DNA of 64,000 nt from Akkermansiaceae bacterium (GCA_021202525.1 JAJQCV010000015.1:5020-69019); one strand, 5' to 3'; shown: positions 18,971 to 28,278, counted from the stretch's first letter. Program-made: numbers and translations. Notes: generated by a model from the sequence alone, not told the origin.

Positions 18971-19918
18971 ATGAAATGGACGAATGAAATGAAGAAGGGG
19001 TTTTCCGAAGTTCCTTCCTTCCCCGCCGCACATGAGCCATTACGGCTTGACGGCATGATCGCCAAGTGGACGGAAGGGAAGCACCGGGCAGAGACGGCCA
19101 TTCCCGGACTGGTGCTTCACCGCTGGTCGTCTCCCACGGAGCCGAGCAGCTATATGTTCGCCCCCCATCTTTGCCTGATTGCACAAGGGGTCAAGCGGAT
19201 ACTGCTGGGGGATGAGGCCTATGTCTATGACGCGCAAACGTTCGTGGTTTCTTCTGTAGAACTCCCGATCGTTTCCCACATCCTGGAAGCCACCCCGGAG
19301 AAGCCCTACCTGGGGTTGACGCTGGAACTTGATTTGAAGGAGATATCCCGGCTCATGCTCCACGGCAGCCTCCCCCCGGCCAGTTCCAGCCCGACGGACC
19401 GGGGGATAGGCGTCAGCAAGCTGACGCCGCCCCTGCTCAACGCCGTGGAACGCCTGCTGGCATTGCTGGATACTCCGGAGGAAATTCCCGTTTTCCAGCG
19501 CCTGGTGGAACAGGAAATTTACTACCGCCTGCTGATGGATGAAGGCCAGGGGACCCGGTTGAGGCAGATCATCATGGCGGAGAGCCGCAGCAACCAGATC
19601 GCGCGGGCCATTGACTGGATGAAGCAGCATTTCGACCAGCCCCTGCATATCAGTGAACTGGCGAAACACGCTGGAATGAGCCCTTCCGGCTTTCACCAGC
19701 ATTTCCGCGCCCTGACGGCCATCAGTCCGTTACAGTTTCAAAAGAGAATCCGCCTGAATGAGGCCAGGCGTCTCATGCTTCTGGAAAATATGGATGCCGG
19801 GAATGCCGCCTTCCGGGTGGGCTATGAAAGCCCTACCCAGTTCAACCGGGAATACAAACGCATGTTCGGGAATCCGCCCCGCACGGATATTAAAATGCTG
19901 CAATCCGCGCAAGTCTGA
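18971..19918 (+). CDS. AraC family regulator with AraC_N domain (YqhC-like)
   Basis: LCLIAQGVKRILLG, PEKPYLGLTL, C-terminal double HTH AGMSPSGFHQHFR...VGYESPTQFNREYKRMFG; start moved to MKWTNE. Confidence 0.92.
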   Translation: MKWTNEMKKGFSEVPSFPAAHEPLRLDGMIAKWTEGKHRAETAIPGLVLHRWSSPTEPSSYMFAPHLCLIAQGVKRILLGDEAYVYDAQTFVVSSVELPIVSHILEATPEKPYLGLTLELDLKEISRLMLHGSLPPASSSPTDRGIGVSKLTPPLLNAVERLLALLDTPEEIPVFQRLVEQEIYYRLLMDEGQGTRLRQIIMAESRSNQIARAIDWMKQHFDQPLHISELAKHAGMSPSGFHQHFRALTAISPLQFQKRIRLNEARRLMLLENMDAGNAAFRVGYESPTQFNREYKRMFGNPPRTDIKMLQSAQV

Positions 19919-19964
19919 CGGGGGCCAAGGTGGAGGGGGAGATCCCCAACGACGGAACCTCGAC

Positions 19965-20016
19965 AAAAAAAGAGGCCGCCCTTCCCCGGTTGAATTACCC
20001 GGGAGAGGCGGCCTCT
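19965..20016 (-). terminator. Rho-independent terminator of pnp
   Basis: AGAGGCCGCC (19971-19980) pairs with GGCGGCCTCT (20007-20016); T7 run follows on the minus strand. Confidence 0.8.
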
Positions 20017-20042
20017 ATGATTACAGGCTCAACGGAGAACCG

Positions 20043-22184
20043 TTATTCCGTGATGCCGGCGGCTTCAGCTTCGGCAGCCTTGGCGTCGCGCAGAGCGGCG
20101 CGGACGGACATTTTCACGCGGCCCTTGTCGTCGATGCCGATGCACTTGGCGGTCACCATGTCTCCTACGTTGACGACGTCTTCCGTCTTCACCGTGCGGC
20201 CTTCGGCCAGTTCGGAGATGTGAATGAGGCCGTCCTTGCCGGGCAACACTTCCATGAACGCACCGAAGGTGGTCGTGGAAACGATCTTGCCGGTGTACAG
20301 CTCACCGATTTCAATGGTCTTGAACATGCGGGTGACCAGCTCCATGGCGCGGTCCAGGCCTTCCTGCTTGGAGGCGTAGATGTGCACGGTGCCGTCTTCC
20401 TCAATGTTGATGTCGGCGCCGGATTCCGCCTGGATGGCCTTGATGTTCTTGCCGCCGGGGCCAATCAGTTCGCCGATGCGGTCGGCGGGGATCTTGGTGG
20501 ATTCAATGCGGGGAGCGTTCGGGCTCATTTCCGCCGGGGCGGCAATGGCTTCCTGCATCACGTTCAGCACGTCGGAACGGCCCTTCTTGGCCACATGGAT
20601 GGCTTCTTCCAGAATGTCCAGCGGGATGCCGGGGAGCTTGAGGTCCAGCTGGTAGCCGGTGACACCCGCGTCCGTGCCGCAAAGCTTGAAGTCCATGTCG
20701 CCGTAGAAGTCTTCGGAACCGATGATGTCCAGAAGGGTCACGTAGCGTTCCATCTGGTCGCCGTTGAATTCGGTCACCAGACCCACGGAAATGCCGGCAA
20801 CCGGACGGATCAGCGGAACCCCGGCGGCCAGCAGGGACATGGTGCCCGCGCAGACGGTGGCCATGGAGGTGGAGCCGTTGGATTCCATGACTTCCGAGGA
20901 AACGCGGATGGCGTAGGGGAAGTCCGCATCCGCGGGGATGACGGGGGCGATGGAACGTTCCGCAAGGGCGCCGTGTCCAATTTCACGGCGGTTCTGGCCG
21001 CCGAAACGGCCCGTGTCGCCCACGGAGAAAGGCGGGAAGTTGTAGTGCAGAATGAAGCGCTTGGTGTCTTCACCGCCGGTGTAGGAGTCAAAGTACTGTC
21101 TTTCTTCCAGCGGAGCCAGCGTGGCAAGGGCCATGGCCATGGTTTCGCCGCGGGCGAAGAGGGCGGAACCGTGAACGACGGAAGGCAGGCAGTTGATTTC
21201 CGCCGTCAGGGGACGCAACTGCTTGAGTTCGCGGCCGTCGGCACGCTTGTTCTTTTCCATGATGGAAATGCGGAAGGCCTTTTTCTGGATGTATTCAAAC
21301 ACCTGCTCCACGTCAAAGTCCGTGGCTTCCGGATGGCGTTCCTTGATGGCGGCTTCCACTTCATCGCGCAGGGCGCCCACCTTTTTCTGGCGTTCCACCT
21401 TGCTGTCGGCGTAGATGGCGTCTTCAATGCGGTTCCCGGCGATTTCATAGCCGATTTCCAGCAGTTCCGGCTTGGCGACAATCAGTTCGTAGGAGCGCTT
21501 GGGCTTGCCGGCCACACGGGCCAGTTCTTCCTGCGCTTCGCAAAGCCTGGTGACGTTTTCCTGGGCAAAGCGGAGGGCCTGCACGAATTCTTCTTCCGGC
21601 AGCTCGTTCGCGGAGCCTTCAATCATGATCACGTCCTTCTTGTTGCCCACGTACACCAGGTCCAGGGTGCTTTCCTTGCGCTGGGTATTGGTGGGGTTGA
21701 TGACGAACTGGCCGTCGATTTTACCGACGCGCACGGCGCCCACGGGGCCCTGGAAAGGAATGTCGGACACGCAGAGGGCGGCGGAAGCGCCGTTGATGCT
21801 GAGAATGTCGGAATCGTTTTCACCATCTGCGGAGAGCAGGATGGCAACCACCTGGGTATCGTAAAGATAGCCTTTGGGGAAAAGGGGGCGCAGCGGACGG
21901 TCCGTCATGCGGCAAGTCAGGATTTCCTTTTCCGTGGGGCGGCCTTCGCGCTTGAAGTAGCCGCCGGGGAACATGCCCGCCGCAGCGGCTTTTTCCTTGT
22001 ATTCCACGGACAAGGGGAAGAAGGTCTGGCCTTCCTTCACCTTGGTGGCGCTGACAGCCGTGACCAGAACCACGGTATCTCCGCAACGCACTGTCACGGC
22101 GCCGTCCGCAAGACGTGCCATTTTACCGGTTTCAATCGTAACGGGATTTGTACCAACGTTGCATTCAACTGAATGTATGCTCAT
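20043..22184 (-). CDS. pnp: Polyribonucleotide nucleotidyltransferase
   Basis: FPGGYFKREGRP, RREIGHGALAE, SNGSTSMATVC, EDFYGDMDFK, KH and S1 domains. Confidence 0.98.
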   Translation of the reverse strand: MSIHSVECNVGTNPVTIETGKMARLADGAVTVRCGDTVVLVTAVSATKVKEGQTFFPLSVEYKEKAAAAGMFPGGYFKREGRPTEKEILTCRMTDRPLRPLFPKGYLYDTQVVAILLSADGENDSDILSINGASAALCVSDIPFQGPVGAVRVGKIDGQFVINPTNTQRKESTLDLVYVGNKKDVIMIEGSANELPEEEFVQALRFAQENVTRLCEAQEELARVAGKPKRSYELIVAKPELLEIGYEIAGNRIEDAIYADSKVERQKKVGALRDEVEAAIKERHPEATDFDVEQVFEYIQKKAFRISIMEKNKRADGRELKQLRPLTAEINCLPSVVHGSALFARGETMAMALATLAPLEERQYFDSYTGGEDTKRFILHYNFPPFSVGDTGRFGGQNRREIGHGALAERSIAPVIPADADFPYAIRVSSEVMESNGSTSMATVCAGTMSLLAAGVPLIRPVAGISVGLVTEFNGDQMERYVTLLDIIGSEDFYGDMDFKLCGTDAGVTGYQLDLKLPGIPLDILEEAIHVAKKGRSDVLNVMQEAIAAPAEMSPNAPRIESTKIPADRIGELIGPGGKNIKAIQAESGADINIEEDGTVHIYASKQEGLDRAMELVTRMFKTIEIGELYTGKIVSTTTFGAFMEVLPGKDGLIHISELAEGRTVKTEDVVNVGDMVTAKCIGIDDKGRVKMSVRAALRDAKAAEAEAAGITE

Positions 22185-22464
22185 TATATTATTGTCTTTC
22201 AATCACCCGCAGCCTCATCTGCTCATCCAGGCCGGCTCCGGGCGGAAAACCTGAATGACGTTAGGTACGGGCAGTGCCTCAGGAAGAACTTATCCGCGGC
22301 CCTCGCTTCCCGGAATGGAAAAAGGACTCGCGCGGCAGGACGCACATCCCATACGGATCAAGCGTTCCATGCCAGTCTTACCGGCCTGACAGCCCGTGAA
22401 AATCCGAAAATTTCTCAAGGCATGCCCGATGAAAAACGAGCGGGAACACAGTCCCCGAACGTCG
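22185..22464 (-). ncRNA. Candidate structured 5' leader of pnp
   Basis: About 280 nt between the candidate promoter and ATG; long-range stem 22385-22397 with 22267-22283 enclosing further hairpins. Confidence 0.35.
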
Positions 22465-22470
22465 GATGCC

Positions 22471-22498
22471 AGCATAGCCCCTGTCAAGGATAATGCAA
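22471..22498 (-). promoter_or_regulatory. Candidate pnp promoter (TTGCAT-N16-TATGCT)
   Basis: Hexamers at 22498-22493 and 22476-22471. Confidence 0.5.
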
Positions 22499-22536
22499 GC
22501 AAATAGTTCGATAACGCGCCTTTCCGGAATTTTCCC

Positions 22537-23952
22537 TCATGCGGAATCCGGCCCCCTTTGCCACCCGCCGCCCAGAGCCTTGCAGAATTTGACAATGGCA
22601 TTCAAACGCATCTGCGCGGCGTCCGCCATGTCCAGCTCCCCGCTCAGCAGGCTCCGGTGTGTATCCAGGGCATCCATCAGCCCCAGGTACCCGGCTTCAT
22701 ATTGCTTGGAGGCAATGTCCCAGCTCCGGCGCAGGCAAGTTACCTCGTCCCGGGAAGCCTCGTAGGCTTCCGCGCTTTTCCGGCGCTCCACCAGGGCATC
22801 CCGTATTTCCCGGAAGGCGTTCAGCACGGCCTGTTCATAGGCGGCCTGCACAGCCGCGCATTCGGCGGAGGCGGCCCGCACCGCGGCGCGCTTTCTGCCT
22901 CCGTCAAACAAGGTTTGCAGAATGCCCGCGCCCATATCGTAGTTCCTGGACGGGCGCGACAGCAGGTCTTCCAGCCGGGTACTGACCTGCCCCAGCCTGC
23001 CCGTCAGCACCAGGGAGGGGAGCCTGTCCGCACGCGCCGCCTCCTTTCCGTAAAAGGCCGCCTTCAACCGGGCTTCCAGTTCACAGATGTCCGGACGCCG
23101 TTCGATCATATCCCCCGGTATTCCTGCCGGAATGGAGGGAGGTGAAGCCAGCAGGTCCGCCCGGCCTCCGGAGGGGAGCCTCCCCGCCATGATCTGCCGC
23201 GGGCTGTCCCCCACCAGGACGGCCAGTGCGCTTTCCGCGCGGGACAGCTCGTTTTCCGCCAGCTTCAGCTGGGCCAGGGTTTTGGCCCGCTCCGCCTGGA
23301 CGCGCCGCAGGGCAAGTTCCGGATACTGTCCCTGAACAAACCGCTTTTCATACATGGAGCACGTCTGTTCGTAGGAGGCGTGGACATGCCGGATGATGAG
23401 GCATTTCTCCTCCCACGTCCGCACATTGATGTAGGCGGAAGCCACTTCCGCGGTGAGTCTCAGATAAACGGCATCCCGCGCCGCGGAGGAGGCCAGCAGG
23501 TCCGCCCGGGCCTCTTCCGTGAGGGCCCTCAGCCTTCCCCACAGGTCAACTTCATAGGAGAGCACCCCGGACATGCCCCAAAGGTCCCTCGCACGGTCCG
23601 GCAAATTGTTCATGTAGCGCTCTCCCTCGGACAGTTCCTGCCTTTTCCCTTCCGCCTGAAATCCGGCCTGCGGCATCAGGGAGGCCCCCGCCTCCGCCGC
23701 CATGGCTGCGGCACGGTCCACCAGCGCGGAAGCGCGGACAAGATCGCGGTTGTGTTCCACGGCTTTTTCCTCCAGCCGGTTCAGGGCTCCGTCATGGAAG
23801 ACGAACCACCAGTTTTTCCCCACGGGGGAAGACCGGGCCGTTCCGTCCGGAATGTCCATCGCGGGCCTTTCAAATGCAGCCGGGCCGCCGCACGCCGCCA
23901 ACAGAAGGGCTGCGGCCGCCGATACGGAAGCAAGGGAGATCAGAGTATTCAT
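22537..23952 (-). CDS. Efflux outer-membrane channel lipoprotein, TolC/NodT family
   Basis: Lipobox LLLAAC, SYEVDLWGRLR, IERRPDICELE, AVLNAFREIRDAL, KALGGGW; ATGA overlap with the MFS gene. Confidence 0.92.
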   Translation of the reverse strand: MNTLISLASVSAAAALLLAACGGPAAFERPAMDIPDGTARSSPVGKNWWFVFHDGALNRLEEKAVEHNRDLVRASALVDRAAAMAAEAGASLMPQAGFQAEGKRQELSEGERYMNNLPDRARDLWGMSGVLSYEVDLWGRLRALTEEARADLLASSAARDAVYLRLTAEVASAYINVRTWEEKCLIIRHVHASYEQTCSMYEKRFVQGQYPELALRRVQAERAKTLAQLKLAENELSRAESALAVLVGDSPRQIMAGRLPSGGRADLLASPPSIPAGIPGDMIERRPDICELEARLKAAFYGKEAARADRLPSLVLTGRLGQVSTRLEDLLSRPSRNYDMGAGILQTLFDGGRKRAAVRAASAECAAVQAAYEQAVLNAFREIRDALVERRKSAEAYEASRDEVTCLRRSWDIASKQYEAGYLGLMDALDTHRSLLSGELDMADAAQMRLNAIVKFCKALGGGWQRGPDSA

Positions 23953-25508
23953 GAAGCTGTGTTTCGTTCCTTTCCGGATTTCAGGCAAAGCAGCGCAAAG
24001 AGGACTCCGGCGGCCCCCACGATCACGGTGCAAAGGTAAAAGGCATCCACGGAAAAGACCTGGCTCTGCAAGGCCACGGCATGGTTGAGCATGGCGTTCA
24101 CGGAGGCATGGATGTCAGCCGCCGTCCCCCCGGTTTCCGAGAAATGCCGCTGCCACATGTCGAGCGTCTGCACCGTGCCGGGGGAGTCGTCCCGGACCTG
24201 TTCCGCCATGTCGAAGCGGTACCCCGTCTTCATGTGGGCGAGTACGGTGCTCACGCTGCCGACATACATGGAAATGAAGACGTAGCGCACCGTGTTCAGC
24301 GTCCGGGAGGAGGCCACGGCGGATTTAGCCTCCACCCCCCGCAGCGCGAGCGGCGTGGCTACATTCAGGCAGAAGGCGTACCCGACACCGAAAAGGCCCA
24401 GGGGCCCCGCCACGTCCAGCCAGGAGCAGCCGGCGTCGAGCCGGGACAGGAAAAAGGCGGAGGAACCCAGCCCCAGCAGCCCCGCCATCATGCCCACCCT
24501 CAGGGCCAGCCTGCCTTTCTGCATCAGCGGCAGAACGATGGCCGCACCGGCGCAGAACCCCGCCACCAGCACCAAGAACACCCAGGCAATTCCCGCGGGC
24601 TCATAGTTCATGACGTTGCGCATGAATTGCACCGTTCCCACGCGCACCCAGCAAATGCAGAAGATGTTGCACAGGGAGGCCAGCAGTCCGAACAGAAACC
24701 GCCAGTTTCCCAGCACGCGGACATCCAGCAAAGGCGTCCGGTGGGTCATGCAGGAGATGGCGGCCAGCACGAAGGCGCAGAATCCGCCGTACATCCAGCA
24801 CAGGACTCCGGGAGCAGTCCAGCCGTCCGTTTCCCCATAAATGAGCACCATCAGAATGCACACGCATCCTGCCGCCAGCGCCAGGAAGGAGAACCAGTCA
24901 AATTTCCCGTTTTTGGGAATCTTCGTGTTGGGAACGTACAAGGTCGTCAAAACCGCCAGCAGTGCGGCGGCCATGCCCACGATCACAAACAGCCCCCTCC
25001 AGTGCCAGTACTGAACCAGCAGGCATCCAGCCACCGGGCTTGCACAGGAAGCCAGCCCGATGGAACACAGTTTCACTCCCATCGCCGGGCTGCGGCGTTC
25101 CGGCGGCAGCGCGGCATTGACCAGCCCCGTGCCGTAAACCAGCGCCAGGCCGCCTCCCGTCCCCTGCAGGAAACGGGCCAGAACCATGATGAAGAAATGG
25201 TCCGCCGCCAGTCCCGCCAGCGTCCCGGCCAGCATCAGGAGCAGGGCCGTCCGCAGCGACCTTCTCAATCCGAGGCGTGCCCACAGGTACGCCGCCACGG
25301 TGAAGGACAGGGCCGTTCCGAGCGGACACGCCGCTCCGGACCAGGAGACATCCAGGGTACCCACGACAAAGGTGCCGGAGAGGTCGGGCGTGGCGGCCGT
25401 GATGCACCCCATGTTCAGGAAGGTGAGCATGGTGCAGGCGCAGGCCATCCCCAGCAGCAGCCACCGCCGCCCTCCGGACATTTCCTTTTCATCCGCATTT
25501 CCGTCCAT
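23949..25508 (-). CDS. DHA2 (EmrB/QacA-like) MFS efflux pump
   Basis: About 14 TM segments, ARFLQGTGGG, SPVAGCLLVQYWHWRGLF, PLLDVRV. Confidence 0.85.
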   Translation of the reverse strand: MDGNADEKEMSGGRRWLLLGMACACTMLTFLNMGCITAATPDLSGTFVVGTLDVSWSGAACPLGTALSFTVAAYLWARLGLRRSLRTALLLMLAGTLAGLAADHFFIMVLARFLQGTGGGLALVYGTGLVNAALPPERRSPAMGVKLCSIGLASCASPVAGCLLVQYWHWRGLFVIVGMAAALLAVLTTLYVPNTKIPKNGKFDWFSFLALAAGCVCILMVLIYGETDGWTAPGVLCWMYGGFCAFVLAAISCMTHRTPLLDVRVLGNWRFLFGLLASLCNIFCICWVRVGTVQFMRNVMNYEPAGIAWVFLVLVAGFCAGAAIVLPLMQKGRLALRVGMMAGLLGLGSSAFFLSRLDAGCSWLDVAGPLGLFGVGYAFCLNVATPLALRGVEAKSAVASSRTLNTVRYVFISMYVGSVSTVLAHMKTGYRFDMAEQVRDDSPGTVQTLDMWQRHFSETGGTAADIHASVNAMLNHAVALQSQVFSVDAFYLCTVIVGAAGVLFALLCLKSGKERNTAS

Positions 25509-25519
25509 AACGCCCCTGA

Positions 25520-26530
25520 TCAGAAACCGATGGAAACCGTGCCCTGCATGCCGGGCCGGAATACCACGCCGCCCCCGCTTTCCGGCAGGCTCACCTTGAT
25601 GGGGAAGCGCTGCATGACCTTGGTGAAGTAGCCGCTGACGTTTTCCGTGGAGATGAGGGAGAACATGGCACAGGAGGCGGCGCCTATTTCATACACCTTT
25701 CCGTAAAACACCCGGCCGTCATAGCCGTCCAGCGTGAACCGCACCTCCTGCCCCGTCCTGATGCGGCCTATTTTCGTTTCCTCCACCCGGACATTGAGCC
25801 AGATGTCATGGCTGTCCACGATGGAGAAGAGTTTCTGCCCGGCGCTGACCATTTCTCCGCCATTCACCAGCTTGCGGGCAATGATTCCGTCCACGGGGGA
25901 CTTGATCACGCATTCCTCGCACAGCACTTCCAGTTCATCCTGCTCCGCCCTGGCCGCCTCCAGCTGGGCCTGGGCCGATCTTTTTTCCTCTTCGCGGTAG
26001 CCTTCCAGGCGAAGGGCCAGATTTTCCCGCTCCGCCTTTTCCACGGCCTGTGCCGCCAGGTAGGAGGCCCGGACGGCGTCGCGGTCCGCGGAGCTGATGC
26101 CCGCCTGGTCGCGCACCAGTTTTTCAATGCGCTCGTAATCACGCCGGGCATGTTCCAGATTGGCGGCGGCCTGGGCGGTTTTGGCCCGCTGGGATTCGAT
26201 TTCCTGAGGGCGGAATCCCGCCAGCATTTCATCATACCTGGCCTGCATGAGCTTGACTCTGGAACGCGCGGCCAGCAGGCGCGCCTGGACGGCCCGGCCA
26301 TCCAGATGGGCGAGCGTCTGTCCCTTCTTCACCGTGTCTCCTTCTTCCACATCCACGGCAACCACACGTTCCGCCAGCTTGGTGCCCACGGACACGATGC
26401 TCGCTTCCACGCGGCAATCGTCCGTATTCATGGAACGGCTTTCCCGGATGTGCCAGACTCCCCAGATGATGCCGCCCGCAGCCGCCAGAGCCATGCTTCC
26501 CAGGGAAACGGCCTTCAGATGCTTGCTCAT
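25520..26530 (-). CDS. EmrA/HlyD family membrane fusion protein
   Basis: N-terminal TM, VDVEEGDTVKKGQ, IKSPVDG, ENVSGYFTKVMQRFPIKV, RPGMQG. Confidence 0.92.
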   Translation of the reverse strand: MSKHLKAVSLGSMALAAAGGIIWGVWHIRESRSMNTDDCRVEASIVSVGTKLAERVVAVDVEEGDTVKKGQTLAHLDGRAVQARLLAARSRVKLMQARYDEMLAGFRPQEIESQRAKTAQAAANLEHARRDYERIEKLVRDQAGISSADRDAVRASYLAAQAVEKAERENLALRLEGYREEEKRSAQAQLEAARAEQDELEVLCEECVIKSPVDGIIARKLVNGGEMVSAGQKLFSIVDSHDIWLNVRVEETKIGRIRTGQEVRFTLDGYDGRVFYGKVYEIGAASCAMFSLISTENVSGYFTKVMQRFPIKVSLPESGGGVVFRPGMQGTVSIGF

Positions 26531-27144
26531 GCAGTGACGGAATCGCGGGTTTGAGAGAATCCCCGAATGAACAGGTCTATGGTCAGCTTCATGGAAGCCA
26601 CCTTGCCCTCCCATGATTTGCCGTCGTCATTCAGGCAGTACATGAGCATGTACCCGTGCAGCATGTTGACGAAGGCGCGCACCATGAGGCGCACGTCCCC
26701 CGCCCTGACCTTCCCCTTTTCCTGCATGGCGGTCATGTAGTCGCACAGGAAGGCGTGAAGCTCCCGCGGATCACGCAGAAAATCCTCTCCGTTCGTGTCC
26801 ACGGAATCCAGGGCGCTCAGATAGGCCCGGAATGCGTTCCTCTTGGCCTTCGTTTCCTGAAAGTAGAGCCGCGCCGCCAGTTTCAGGTCATGCTCCAGAT
26901 TCCAGGTCCTGCCATTTTCAAATTCCCTTTTCAGTTCGCTGGCGTACGCCCTGTACCGGATGATTTCATCCAGCAGGGATTTTTTCGTCGCAAAGTAGCG
27001 GAATACGGTTTTTTCACAAATGCCGGCCTTTTTACCGACCTCCTGCACACTGACCCGGTGGAATCCCCGCTCGCTCATCAATTCAATGGCCGCCTCCACA
27101 ATCCTCCGTAGCGTCTTTTGCTGGATTCTTGTCATCTGTTCCAT
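26527..27144 (-). CDS. TetR family regulator of the efflux cassette
   Basis: HTH IVEAAIELMSERGFHRVSVQEVGKKAGICEKTVFRYFATKKSL. Confidence 0.92.
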   Translation of the reverse strand: MEQMTRIQQKTLRRIVEAAIELMSERGFHRVSVQEVGKKAGICEKTVFRYFATKKSLLDEIIRYRAYASELKREFENGRTWNLEHDLKLAARLYFQETKAKRNAFRAYLSALDSVDTNGEDFLRDPRELHAFLCDYMTAMQEKGKVRAGDVRLMVRAFVNMLHGYMLMYCLNDDGKSWEGKVASMKLTIDLFIRGFSQTRDSVTA

Positions 27145-27146
27145 AG

Positions 27147-27183
27147 ATGTCTGTCAGGCTAACAGACATTTTCAACCAGTCAA
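27147..27183 (-). promoter_or_regulatory. Promoter (TTGACT-N16-TGnTAGCCT) overlapped by a palindromic TetR operator
   Basis: ATGTCTGT-CAGGCTA-ACAGACAT (27147-27169) covers the -10 element, 2 nt from the tetR ATG. Confidence 0.7.
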
Positions 27184-27233
27184 GCCTTCCTTCCCATCCT
27201 GAAGGAGGCAGGAAAACCCGTACACCGGACCAC

Positions 27234-27267
27234 AAAAAACGGCCGCCGCGAAAAACGCAACGGCCGT
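27234..27267 (-). terminator. Rho-independent terminator of rpsO
   Basis: ACGGCCG/CGGCCGT arms with inner GCG/CGC pairs, followed by a T run on the minus strand. Confidence 0.7.
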
Positions 27268-27292
27268 ATCAAACGGGAATATGCTCCTCCGC

Positions 27293-27547
27293 TTAGCGGC
27301 GCAGTCCAAGACGCTGAATCAGTCTCTGATACTGGGCCAGATCTTCACGCTTGACGTAGTCAAGAAGCTTGCGGCGCAGAGCCACCATTTTCAGCAGTCC
27401 TCGGCGGGAGGAAACGTCGTGCTTGTTTTCTCCCAGGTGGGCGGTCAGGTGGGCGATGCGCTTGGTCAGAAGGGCGATCTGGAAGCTGGAGCTACCGGAG
27501 TCCTTTTCGTGCATCTTAAATTCCTGCAGATTGATTTCGTTACTCAT
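27293..27547 (-). CDS. rpsO: 30S ribosomal protein S15
   Basis: [50 protein letters not shown]. Confidence 0.97.
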   Translation of the reverse strand: MSNEINLQEFKMHEKDSGSSSFQIALLTKRIAHLTAHLGENKHDVSSRRGLLKMVALRRKLLDYVKREDLAQYQRLIQRLGLRR

Positions 27548-27564
27548 GAGTGTTTTTCTTGAAT

Positions 27565-27596
27565 GTGTTTAGCTCGTGGCAGCGGCTAATCGACAC
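27565..27596 (-). ncRNA. Candidate S15 autoregulatory leader hairpin
   Basis: GUGU-CGA-UUAGC...GCUAA-ACAC bulged stem in the short rpsO 5' UTR. Confidence 0.5.
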
Positions 27597-27609
27597 TGTG
27601 AGGGCGTCA

Positions 27610-27637
27610 ACTATGCACGATCGCCCTTTAAAGGCAA
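27610..27637 (-). promoter_or_regulatory. Candidate rpsO promoter (TTGCCT-N16-CATAGT)
   Basis: Hexamers at 27637-27632 and 27615-27610. Confidence 0.5.
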
Positions 27638-27645
27638 TTCAAATT

Positions 27646-28278
27646 TCACGGCATCCGGGAATTTGTCTCCGCCCGGCCGTCCACGCGCCTGTTTCCGGCG
27701 TAAAATTCGCGGTCTCTTTCCGCAATGGGCCGCAGAACGCGGCAGGGGTTGCCCGCGGCCACCACATCCGGGGGAATGTCCCGGGTCACCACGCTTCCGG
27801 CTCCTATCACGGAGTTCCTGCCGATGCGCACGCCGGGAGCCACCGCCACGTGGCCGCCTATCCAGACGCCGTCTTCAATGACGACCGGCAGTGCGAATTC
27901 CCGGCATTCCTGCCTGAGGCCGGGGTCCACGGGATGGCCCGCGGTGTAAATACCCACATTCGGGCCTATCAGCACGTCATTCCCAATTTCCACCCGGGCG
28001 CAATCCAGAATGACCAGATTGAAATTGGCGTAAACGCGGTCCCCCAGGCTGATGTTGGAACCGTAGTCACACCGGAACGGGGGCTCCAGATAGCATCCTT
28101 CCCCCATGCTCCCGAAAAGCTCGCGGGCCGTTTCCCTGCGCAATTCCTCATCTTCCGGGTCCGAGCCGTTATAACGGGCCGTCAGCCTGCGGGCCCTGAG
28201 GCGCCGCGCGGCCAGTTCCGGATCGCGGGCGTCGTACAGACGCCCGGAGAGCATGTTATTCAGTTGGTGGGAGTCCAT
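27646..28278 (-). CDS. Sugar O-acetyltransferase (maltose/galactoside, hexapeptide repeat)
   Basis: EPPFRCDYGSNI, ANFNLVILDCA, IGPNVGIYTAGHP, GAGSVVTRDIP, AGNPCRV; start moved to MDSHQL. Confidence 0.9.
   Translation of the reverse strand: MDSHQLNNMLSGRLYDARDPELAARRLRARRLTARYNGSDPEDEELRRETARELFGSMGEGCYLEPPFRCDYGSNISLGDRVYANFNLVILDCARVEIGNDVLIGPNVGIYTAGHPVDPGLRQECREFALPVVIEDGVWIGGHVAVAPGVRIGRNSVIGAGSVVTRDIPPDVVAAGNPCRVLRPIAERDREFYAGNRRVDGRAETNSRMP

Larger units (their letters stand above)
12279..19918. other. Lower-GC accessory island (AraC regulator divergent from hydrolase, EamA, DUF3737, MFS, DUF418 and cyclophilin-like genes)
   Basis: Spot GC counts 27/60 (13801-13860) and 28/60 (14941-15000) versus 40/60 in dnaE (2101-2160); gene set typical of gut-bacterial accessory blocks. 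No integrase or att repeat seen. Confidence 0.55.

Noticed and set aside
22290-22601. 103 aa minus-strand ORF between pnp and the TolC-family gene
   Set aside because: No family signature; overlaps the TolC 3' end and the candidate pnp promoter and leader.
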